Shown here in pieces: positions 1 to 12,000 of a DNA stretch of 64,000 bases. The position numbers were made by a program, and so were the translations under genes. The notes beneath the pieces are model-generated. The model did not search any database. It was not told the DNA's origin and worked only from the letters and a program-made list of their open reading frames with translations. Every line of letters begins with the position of its first letter. Position 1 is the stretch's first letter. The stretch is from an uncultured Acidobacteriota bacterium (GTDB lineage: Bacteria; Acidobacteriota; Blastocatellia; RBC074): NCBI GenBank assembly GCA_963796275.1, contig CAWCKY010000002.1:1-64000 (forward strand), read 5' to 3'.

Positions 1-3000
1 GGCATCCGGTCGATCAACACAAAATAGGACGGCAGCATATAAGCTGGTAATCTTTCTTCGAGATACTTTCGCAATTCATTGGCTGATATGAACGGAGGGT
101 CGAGAGAAACTGGTACTTGGTCATGCTGCCACCGGGCCTTTCGTAACCCGGAAGAGAGTCGAGAGGCATAGATGTAGTAATTAGTCCTGGAAAACTCTTC
201 AAGAGACCAGTCACGCTCGATGACGATATCGAAGCCATTGATTTCCAACAAATGTGTTACCTGATCGAGGCGACCATCTATATCGTGTAGTTCAAGTACG
301 ATCTGATAAATCTTATTCCAATCTCTTTGGTCAATTCCTGCGAGCACATCGAGTTCACTCTTCTCCACGTTAATCTTCAACAAATCAATGCGCTCAATAA
401 CATTCTCCTTTATAATGTCGGAAACAGTCGCCAACCTGACCTGAAACACTTGTCTTTGAAACCTATCATCCAGAAGCTCTTCCAGAATATCTGGTTCGTT
501 TGTCGACGCCGGCTTAGCAATGCTTTGCCCATGCTGGTTGCGAATGAAAGATCTGACGACTTGCTTGTCATCATCTATATCAGTGTAGAGGCCGGACAGA
601 ATTGAAAATTTCTGGTAGAAGGTAAATGAAGCCATTCCGCTCGCGCGCGATAACCCGCAGTCGTACAGCTTAGCGTTCACATCGTACAGTAAAGTATTCA
701 GACGCAGCAGATCATAAACGTAAGGGTTCGGCTCGAAGGCATGAATTGTCACGCCCCTCCCCACTAAGTGAGCATAAAGGGCGAATAGTCCTATGTTTGC
801 CCCCACATCTAGAATACAATCGCCATCGCTAATGGATATTCCATGTTTTGTATACGCATGATTTTCGAAGACGTCTTTGAAGAGAAAGTCCGTTTCGTTT
901 TTGTTCAGATGTGTGATTGCTAGATTATTCGGCAATCTATACCGCTCTCGCCCCATGAAGGTAGGAGAGTGTTTATCATCAGGAATAACATATGCTGCAA
1001 GCTGTCTTGATCCAAACTCATCTGTCGGAGCGATGACAGCGCTTTCAACAATTGCCGGATGCTGACGTAGTAACGCCTCGATCTCACCGGTCTCGACACG
1101 ATAGCCACGAATCTTGACCTGGCCATCAATCCGACCAAGAACCTCTATCCGGCCGTCGATCAAATAACGTGCCAAGTCCCCAGTCTTATATAGACGCACT
1201 CCTTCGACGCCACTGAATGGATCCGGAATGAAATGCTCGGAAGTAAGCTCAGACTGATTGAGGTAGCCTCTCGCCAAGCCCGCACCACCGATGTGCAATT
1301 CGCCCGGCACGCCGATCGGGACATGATTCAAGTGGTGGTCTAGCAGGTATATCTGAGAGTTTGCGATCGGAGAACCTATGTTTGTTTTGACGCCTCCGTA
1401 TTGCACTCGGCTTATCGATGAGTCCACGGTGCATTCAGTGGGCCCATACATATTATGAAATGCCGGAGCGCTACTCCGTGTAAGGATATCCCAAGTCGCT
1501 TGATCGATGACTTCACCGCCGATCAAAACATCTGTCAGAGCGAGCCCGTTATAATTCAGCATTCCGGCATCGAGTAAAAGCTTAAGCTGAGATGGTGTAC
1601 AGTCGAGTACGTTCAACTGATTCCGGCGCAGAGATAATAGGAGTGCAGTCGCGTCATACCTTAAATCAGGCGGTATAACGTAAAGCATATGGCCGTTTAA
1701 CAGCTGAATGAATTGTTTCACCGAAGTGTCAAAAGAGATGGGGCCGTTCAAGCTCACCCGAAGCCTTTGTCCTTCATGCCGCGAATATATACTGCGGTTA
1801 AGCCCACATAGAAGGTTGGTAACTGAAGAGTGCCGTACCATCACGCCCTTGGGCGCGCCCGTCGTCCCCGATGTATAAATTACATATGCTCGGTTCTCAG
1901 GCTCAGATAGATTGCTGAGATCGTCAGCGCTCCCCCGTGAGATCGCATCCCAATCGGAATCAATCAGGACGGTCCGCACTTGTGTAGAGGGCAGTTTATC
2001 AATCAAGTTGAGCTGAGATATAAGAATCGATGGGCGGGCGTCTTCAAGCATGAAGCGCAAGCGCTCCGTTGGATAATCTGGATCCAGCGGTACATATGCT
2101 CCGCCCGCTTTCAAGATCGCCAACATCCCTACCACCATCTCAAGACTTCGCTCAAGGCAAATCGCCACACATACATCGGACTGAACTTCCATCTCCCTCA
2201 GATAATGCGCCAGGCGATTGGCTCGGGCATTGAGCTCTCCATAACTCAGATGATTCCCTTCACAGACCACCGCCACTGCCTGCGGCGTCCTCTCCGCCTG
2301 TCTCTCAAATAGCTCGTGGATGCACTCTTCGCTCGAATACTCTGCTTCCGTCCGGTTCCATTCCTCCACCACCTGTCGCCGTTCACATTCCGACAACAAC
2401 GGCAACTGGCCGATCATCTCTGTCTCGTCGGCCGCCATCCCTCTCAGCAACGCGCGCCAATACTCCAGATAGCGTTCCACTGTGGAGCTTTCGAACAGCG
2501 AAGTGGCATACTCCAGTCCACCAAGGACCGTCTCTTCAGCTTCCTGCAGCACCAGCGTAAAATCGAATCCCGCCGTCACGTGGGTGATGATGTCAATTGA
2601 TTTGACTTCTAGTCCGGGCAGTTTGAAGACATCTTTGGAGGCGCTCTGCCAGGCGAACATCGCCTGGAACAGTGGACTGTGAGCTAGACTGCGCACCGGC
2701 CCTACCATCTCCACCACCTGCTCAAATGGAATGTCTTGATGTTGTTGCGCCGCTACAACCTGCGCCTTTACCCTCTCCAGTACCTCACCCACACTGCGTG
2801 TACCCAAGACATCCAGCCGCAGCGCCAGCGTGTTGACGAAGAATCCAATCAGTCCTTCGATCTCTGTCCGCCCTCGATTGGCCACCGGAGTGCCGATCAC
2901 CACCTCCTCCTGACCAGCCAGCCGCCCCAGCAACGCCCCCCACCCCGCCAGCAGGGTCATAAACAGGGTCGTGCCATGGCGTTGGCTGAGGGCTTTTAGC

Positions 3001-6000
3001 CCCTCCGTCAATTCCGGCTCCAACTCGACTTTGATCAAGGATCCGGCGTAGTCCTGCTCGGCAGGACGTTCCTGATCTGGCGCCAACTCCAGCAATGCCG
3101 GGGCTCCCTCCAGAGTTTCTCTCCAGTAATCGGCTTGCCGTTTCAGAATGTCCCCGCCCATCCAGCCCCGCTGCCACGCGGCGTAATCGGCGTACTGCAC
3201 CCTCAAGCTCGGTAAGGGATCAGCTTCTCCGTTCCGATATGCATCGTAGAGCACCCCCAATTCCCCCATCAACACACCTATCGACCATCCATCCGAAACG
3301 ATGTGGTGCATGGTGATCAGTAGTGTGTATACATCTTCCTCCTGCCGGATGAGTCGCCCCCGGATCAGCGGGCCCTGTTCCAGATCGAAAGAGGCCAGCG
3401 CTTCCTGACCAATCAAATGGCAGATTTCACCCTCGGCATCGGCCTTGTGCCGCAAGTCGTGTTCGAGCAGATGAAAGCGGCTCTCCTCCTCGGTGGCGAT
3501 TCGCTGCACGGGTTGCCCATCGATCTGGCCGAAGGTGGTGCGTAAGATTTCGTGTCGGGCCACGATCCGATCCAGCGCCTTGCGGAGGGCGGTGCGATCA
3601 AGGTCTCCCACCAGTCGCAGGCCAATTGGAATGTGATAGGCTTTGCTGGCTCTTCCCAGTTGGGATATAAACCACAGGCGCTGTTGAGCGAATGAGAGGG
3701 CAAGCCGCTCCAGACCTTCGACAGGCGTGATCGAGGGCAGTTCAGTGTGTGCAGCGATCTCAAGGCCACTGGCGAAATCGGAGAGCACGGGATGGGCGAA
3801 TAGGTCGCCAAATGGGACTTCCACACTCAGGGCTTTCCTCAGGCGTGAGATGACCTGCATCGCCAACAGCGAATGGCCCCCCAGCTCGAAGAAGTTGTCG
3901 TGCCGGCTGATCCGCTCCACTTTGAGGACTTCTGACCATATACCGGCTAACACACTCTCCATCTCATTCTCCGGCGCCTGATACTCCCATACGGTATAGG
4001 CGTCGGCTTCCGGCTCAGGTAGAGCCTTCCGGTCCAGCTTCCCATTCGGCGTTAGAGGAAAGGCTTCCAGTACCATTACCATCCTCGGCACCATGTACTC
4101 AGGCAGTCTTTCGCGCAAATAATCTCGTAATACCCGGCACAGATGCCCATCCTCCACGCCCCGCAACGGCGAATTACCATACTGATAGTAGTATGCCCAT
4201 GATGCTTCTTCTGTCTTTTCTATACTTTGCCAACGCGGATTGAACACTCCTTCATACACCCCTTCCGGGCCAAATCCACGCCAGCTAAGCCTTACCCCGA
4301 GCCGCATTGCCAGCCCCATCACTCGATCGGGAAATTCCTCTTCCAATTCGGCAAGCGTCTCTCGTAGCTGTTTGGTATCCTTAATCTCAGTCGACCCATT
4401 TTCCAGTATGCGCACTGCTCCCACGGCCTGAGCCACACGGCTATCGCGAATCCCACGAACTCCAACTGAGGCAGCTGGTTGTATCTCCAGCAACTGTTCC
4501 AGCTCCTTTTGCCAATGCCCTTCTTTATCCCATTTTGTCCATCGCTCAGGCTCAACTATCGCTTCTTTGCCTCCTAACTGTAATATCACGTCATACCGGA
4601 ATCGGCTCAGCTCGTTATCATAGGCTCCAGACTTGAGCCATGTTTCAACTCGCCCAATCTTTTCCCATCGCCGTCCCAATTCCTCAAATAGCAATGGATC
4701 CAACACCAATTCCTTCTCATTCTGGACACCTTGACGAATCCGCCGTCGCAAACTTGACACTGGTTCCTCGTCCTTCGCCTTATACATCTGCACCGAGGCA
4801 TAATAGGCCTCCAATAGTGGCAGACTTCTTACGTCTCCGACGAAGACCCGACCTCCATCCCGTGTCACCCGTACCGATTCTTTCATTACTTTCAAGAAGT
4901 AATTCACATCCGGAAAGTACTGCACCACTGAGTTCAGAATCACTAGATCAACACTATTGTCACTCATAAACGAAAGATCATGCGCCTGCCCCTGCCGCAA
5001 CTCTACTTGCCCCAGATCCTCTCGAGTCGACAGATACCATTTCATCTGCTCTATAACTTCTCCGGAAAAGTCCAGCCCAATATAACTGTCGCTATCGCTC
5101 GCCAGTCGAGTTAGCAGTAAGCCGGTTCCACACCCAATCTCCAGCACCCGCTGTGCCCCCAGCGATCGTATCCTCTCGACCGTTTCTTCTACCCAGATTC
5201 TCATCTCAGAGGCCGCTATCGGCTCCCCGGTGTAGCTGTTTTTCCAGCCTGCGATGTTGAAATCACCTACGCTATTGCCACTCTGCCGGTAAGTCGATTC
5301 GAAAATCTGTTCCCAATCATCTATGTAAGACGTCCCTCCTCGAGTCTCCTCCTCCTTGCTTTGCCGGCGGGTCACATATCCCAGTAAATATGTCTCTTCA
5401 CTCTCTCCTCGTGTGATCACTGCAGCGTCACTCACTTCCGGGTGCTTACACAGCTTGGTCTCAATCTCCCCCAATTCGATCCGGAACCCTCGCACCTTCA
5501 CCTGGTAGTCGTTGCGGCCCGCGAACTCAATCGTTCCATCCGGCAGCCATCTTCCAAGATCGCCAGTCCTATACATCCGACCCCCGCCCTCTCCAGCGAA
5601 GGGATCAACCACGAATCTCTCCGCCGTCAACTCCGGCCGGTTCAGATAGCCCCGTGCTACTCCCCCTCCTCCGATATACAGCTCTCCCATCACTCCTATC
5701 GGCGCCGGCTCCCCATCGACATTCAATATGTAGACCCGAGTGTTGGAGATCGGGCGGCCGATCTTTGACTCCAACACTTCGCCTCGCCTCATCGACACCC
5801 ACGTGGAGTAGGTGGTCGTTTCAGTAGGCCCGTAGAGATTACACACCCTCTCCACTTCGCTCGTGGCAAAGATCCGCTTTACCAACGTGTCTTTCAGCAC
5901 CTCACCCGCCAGGTTCACTATCCGAACTGTCTTTGGCACTCCTCCCATCTCAATCAACGCATTTATCGCGGAAGGCACTGTATTGATCAGCGTGACATCT

Positions 6001-9000
6001 ACACCTCCACCGCCCAATTCGAGCACGTCGCGCACTATCCTGACCGTGGCTCCTATTGTCAGCGGTACCAGGCTCTCATACACGGCCAGATCAAAGTTAA
6101 GCGAGGTGGAAAACAGCGTGTGCTCTAGGTCATCACTGGTAAATGTCAGTTGGCTCCAGCGGATGAAGTTGACCGTGTTCCGATGCTCTATGGCGACTCC
6201 CTTGGGCACCCCGGTGGAGCCTGAGGTGTAGATCACATAGGCCAGATGCTCCGGCCCGAGTCTCACACTTCTGCGATCAGGGTTGGCTTCAGGCCGGTCT
6301 GCCCACGCAGAAGACTCCGCCGACAACTCAATCATCTCCATTTCCGAGTTCACTGCGGCAAACAATCCCGTCAGACTCTTTTGTGTCAGCAGAACCGATG
6401 GGGTGCTGTCTTCCAGCATGTAACTCAATCTCGCAGGCGGATAAGCAGGATCCAGCGGCACGTATGCTCCTCCAGCCTTCAAGATCCCCAGCATTCCCAC
6501 CACCATCTCCGGCCCTCGCTCAAGGCAGATGGCTACTCGCGTGTCAGGCCCGACTCCCTTCTCTCTCAGGTAGTGCGCTAGACGGTTGGCTCGGGCGTTG
6601 AGCTCTCCATAACTCAGATGATTCCCTTCACAGACCACCGCCACTGCCTGCGGCGTCCTCCCCGCCTGTCTCTCAAACAGCTCGTGGATGCACTCTTCGC
6701 TCGCATACTCCGCTTCCGTCTGGTTCCATTCCTCCACCACCTGTCGCCGCTCCCACTCCGGCAACACATCGATACTTCTTATCGCCTTACCGGGCTCTCT
6801 CTCCAGCGCTTCCACCAATCCCTCCACCGCTCTCTGCATAAAACCACAGACCCGTCCAGGATCGATCGATGCCTCCACCTGTGCCGTCAGCACGAACTCT
6901 TCTCCCAGATCGTCCACCGACAAGGTCAGCGGATAGTTCGTCCTCTCTTGGCTGTACAGCAATTCGATCCCTTCCCACACTCGCTTCCTCTCAACGGATC
7001 GGCCTTGGACCATTCCAGCGCTGTGACGGTAATTCAGCAGTGCCGAGAACAGCGGTGCCGGGGCTGTCACACCGCTGCAGCGCTGCACCAGCGCTAGTGA
7101 CGCATGTTCATGACGCAGCAGGTTGGCCAATAATGTATGTGTGCTTAGGACACTCTCCTCCGCTCCTTCCTTTCCCACACTGATCCTCACCGGCAGCGTA
7201 TTGATCAGCAGCCCCATCACTCGATCCGCCCCTTCACCTCCCTGCATCCTCCCAAACAACACCGTCCCGAAGACCACATCCTCTCGCCCAGAGACTCGCC
7301 CCAGCACCTGTGCCCACGCCACGTGAAACACACTCGCAGCGCTCACTCCAAGCTTGCGTGCACGTTCTCTCACTCGCTGCGACAATCCCTCCTCTAGTTG
7401 GAGACGAGATTCTCCGATGCGTCTTCCATCGCCCTGTACGTTGAGCAGTCCGAAGGGCGCCGTCGGCTCCTCTACATCTCCCAACAGCTGTCGGAAGAAG
7501 ACTTCGTGCTCTTCACGACTCACTCCCATCCGCGCCCGTGCCACGAAGTTGCGGAATGGTTGCGGTCTTGGAAGGTGACCGGTTTCTCCCAGCATATGCG
7601 CTTCGATTTCATGAAAAATGAACCTAAGCGTGGTATTGTCATCTATAAGATGGTGGTTCAATATCAGGAGCAACCAGCGGCCAAGAATTGAGTCATAAGC
7701 CATATACCCTCTCATCAAGGGGGCCTGTCGCACATCGATCCGGTAATGCCGCGGATCAAAGCGAGTGTACAATTGCTCAGCGGCATCACCTTTCGCTGGA
7801 TCCACCATCACCTCCTCCACTGGCAAGGCCGCTTTACGCCAGACCACCTGCACCGGCTCGCTCAGCCCTTCCCAAACCACTGCTGTACGTAGAATGTCGT
7901 GCCGATCCACTACTGCCTGTAACGCGCTCACATACCTCTCCAGCCTCTCCCGGCTCTCGAAGCTGTATAAACTGGAGAGCAGATAGGTATCTCCTTCGGA
8001 TGCCATGAGGTGATGAAAGAGAATCCCTTCCTGCAATGGCGTCAGCGGATAGATGTCCTGCACATTGGCTGCTCCTCCAGACACTAGCCCCACAATCCTC
8101 TCGATCTCCGCCATTGATAACTTCACCAGCGGCAACATCTCCGGCCTGAGCTCCTCACAATCAAGCGGGATGCCATTGGGCGGCACCTCCATCAGGCCAG
8201 CCTCACAGTTCAAGAGAGCGGCCAGCCCGGCCGGCGTCGGGCCGTTGAACAGCGCACGCACGTCAGCCTGCAGTCCTCTCCGGCGCATATGCTCGATCAG
8301 CGTCACTGCCAGCAACGAATGGCCTCCCAGTTCGAAGAAGTTGTCGTGCCGCCCGATCCTCTCCACCTTCAACACCTCCGACCAGATATCCGCCAGCGCT
8401 CGCTCGACTTCTCCCACTGGTTGTTCATAGCTTCGCGTTGCGTAGGCGCCGGCTTCTGGCGCCGGCAGTGCCCTGCGGTCCAGCTTCCCATTCGGCGTCA
8501 GCGGCAACGACTCCAGTCGCACATACGCTGCCGGCACCATATAGTCGGGCAGGTTTGCCGCCAGATACGTCCGCAAGACCTCCGCGCCTACTGCACCCTC
8601 ACTCTTTCCTCCTGTCTCGACACCGGTGTAGTAGGCCACCAGCCGCTGATCGCTTGGACTCTCCTCCCTGGCTACCACCACCGCCTCTCCTATCCCAGGG
8701 TGCCTTTCCAACTGTGCCTCGATCTCTCCCAGTTCGATCCGGAACCCTCGCACCTTCACCTGGTAGTCGTTGCGGCCCACGAACTCAATCGTTCCATCCG
8801 GTAGCCATCTTCCAAGATCGCCGGTCCTATACATCCGAGCTCCACTCTCTCCAGCGAAGGGATCAGCCACGAATCTCTCCGCCGTCAACTCCGGCCGGTT
8901 CAGATAGCCCAGCGCTACTCCCGCTCCTCCGATGTACAGCTCTCCCATCACTCCTATCGGCGCCGGCTCTCCACTGGCATCCAAAATGTAGACCAGAAGA

Positions 9001-12000
9001 ATCTTGTATGGATCGGCCAATGAGACTGCCTTCATGTCTCTCTGTATCCGCTAAATTAATCGTTCGATAGGTGACATGCACAGTGGTCTCGGTTATCCCG
9101 TACATGTTGATTAGCTGAGGACATTGAATATCATTCAATTGAAACCAAGGTTTGAGCGTAGAGAACTCAAGCATCTCCCCACCGAAGATGACTTTTCGCA
9201 GATTATGTCTGTCTTTACTGGCAGCTTGTACTGTAATTAGTTGTCGGAAAGCACTAGGTGTCTGATTGAGAATTGTCACTTGTTCGCGGCACAGTATCCG
9301 ATAAAATTCATTTGGAGAGCGTGTGGTGCTATTTGAAATAACAATAAGACGGCCGCCATGGAGAAGCGCCCCCCAGATTTCCCACACAGAGAAGTCAAAT
9401 GCAAAGGAGTGAAAAAGTGTCCAAACGTCTTTCGCGTCGAACTGAAACCAAGCAGCGGTAGCAAAGAACAGGCGCGCGATATTTGCGTGATCAACCATCA
9501 CTCCCTTGGGCATCCCGGTGGAGCCTGAAGTGTAGATCACATAGGCCAGATGCTTCGGCCCAAGCGCTACACCGTGGCGCTCCGGGTTACATTCAGGCCA
9601 ATCCGCCCATTGAGGATATTCCGCCGTCAAATCAATGATCGGCAGTCCTTCGCTTAATCTGTTGAAGAAACCTTGGAGGCTCGATTCCGTTAAAAGCGCA
9701 ATCGGGGTACTGTCCTTCAGCAGATAGCCGAGCCGCGCAGGCGGATAAGCAGGATCCAGCGGCACGTATGCTCCTCCAGCCTTCAAGATCGCCAGCATTC
9801 CCACCACCATCTCCGGCCCTCGCTCAAGGCAGATGGCTACTCGCGTGTCAGGCCCGACTCCCTTCTCTCTCAGGTAGTGCGCTAGACGGTTGGCTCGGGC
9901 GTTGAGCTCTCCATAACTCAGATGATTCCCTTCACAGACCACCGCCACTGCCTGCGGCGTCCTCCCCGCCTGTCTCTCAAACAGCTCGTGGATGCACTCT
10001 TCGCTCGGATACTCCGCTTCCGTCCGGTTCCATTCCTCCACCACCTGTCGCCGCTCCCACTCCGGCAACACATCGATGCTTCTTATCGCCTTGCCGGGGT
10101 CTCTCTCCAGCGCTTCCACCAATCCCTCCACCGCTCTCTGCATAAAACCACAGACCCGTCCAGGATCGATCGATGCCTCCACCTGTGCCGTCAGCACGAA
10201 CTCTTCTCCCAGATCGTCCACCGACAAGGTCAGTGGATAGTTCGTCCTCTCTTGGCTGTACAGCAATTCGATCCCTTCCCACACTCGCTTCCTCTCAACG
10301 GATCGGCCTTGGACCATTCCAGCGCTGTGACGGTAATTCAGCAGTGCCGAGAACAGCGGTGCCGGGGCTGTCACACCGCTGCAGCGCTGCACCAGCGCTA
10401 GTGACGCATGTTCATGACGCAGCAGGTTGGCCAATAATGTATGTGTGCTTAGGACACTCTCCTCCGCTCCTTCCTTTCCCACACTGATCCTCACCGGCAG
10501 CGTATTGATCAGCAGCCCCATCACTCGATCCGCCCCTTCTCCTCCCTGCATCCTCCCAAACAGCACCGTCCCGAAGACCACATCCTCTCGCCCAGAGGCT
10601 CGCCCAAGCACTTGTGCCCATGCCACGTGAAACACACTCGCAGCGCTCACTCCCAGCTTGCGTGCACGTTCTCTCACTCGCTGCGACAATCCCTCCTCTA
10701 GTTGGAGACGAGATTCTCCTATGCCTCCTCCATCGCCCTGTACGTTGAGCAGTCCGAAGGGCGCCGTCGGCTCCTCTACATCTCCCAACAGCTGTCGGAA
10801 GAAGACTTCGTGCTCTTCCCGACTTACTCCCATCCGCGCCCGTGCCACGAAGTTGCGGAATGGTTGCGGTCTTGGAAGGTGACCGGCTTCTCCCAGCATA
10901 TGCGCTTCGATTTCATCAAAGATAAATTGGAGAGTAACTCCATCACACGCGATGTGATGGTATGACAGCAGCAATAACCAGCGGCCAAGAATTGAGTCAT
11001 AAGCCATATACCCTCTCATCAAGGGGGCCTGTCGCACATCGATCCGGTAATGCCGCGGATCAAAGCGAGTGTACAATTGCTCAGCGGCATCACCTTTCGC
11101 TGGATCCACCATCACCTCCTCCACTGGCAAGGCCGCTTTACGCCAGACCACCTGCACCGGCTCGCTCAGCCCTTCCCAAACCACTGCTGTACGTAGAATG
11201 TCGTGCCGATCCACTACTGCCTGTAACGCGCTCACATACCTCTCCAGCCTCTCCCGGCTCTCGAAGCTGTATAAACTGGAGAGCAGATAGGTATCTCCTT
11301 CGGATGCCATGAGGTGATGAAAGAGAATCCCTTCCTGCAATGGCGTCAGCGGATAGATGTCCTGCACATTGGCTGCTCCTCCAGACACTAGCCCCACAAT
11401 CCTCTCGATCTCCGCCATTGATAACTTCACCAGCGGCAACATCTCCGGCCTGAGCTCCTCACAATCAAGCGGGATGCCATTGGGCGGCACCTCCATCAGG
11501 CCAGCCTCACAGTTCAAGAGAGCGGCCAGCCCGGCCGGCGTCGGGCCGTTGAACAGCGCACGCACGTCAGCCTGCAGCCCTCTCCGGCGCATATGCTCGA
11601 TCAGCGTCACTGCCAGCAACGAATGGCCTCCCAGTTCGAAGAAGTTGTCGTGCCGCCCGATCCTCTCCACCTTCAACACCTCCGACCAGATATCCGCCAG
11701 CGCTCGCTCGACTTCTCCCACTGGTTGTTCATAGCTTCGCGTTGCGTAGGCGCCGGCTTCTGGCGCCGGCAGTGCCCTGCGGTCCAGCTTCCCATTCGGC
11801 GTCAGCGGCAACGACTCCAGTCGCACATACGCTGCCGGCACCATATAGTCGGGCAGGTTTGCCGCCAGATACGTCCGCAAGACCTCCGCGCCTACTGCAC
11901 CCTCACTCTTTCCTCCTGTCTCGACACCGGTGTAGTAGGCCACCAGCCGCTGATCGCTTGGACTCTCCTCCCTGGCTACCACCACCGCCTCTCCTATCCC

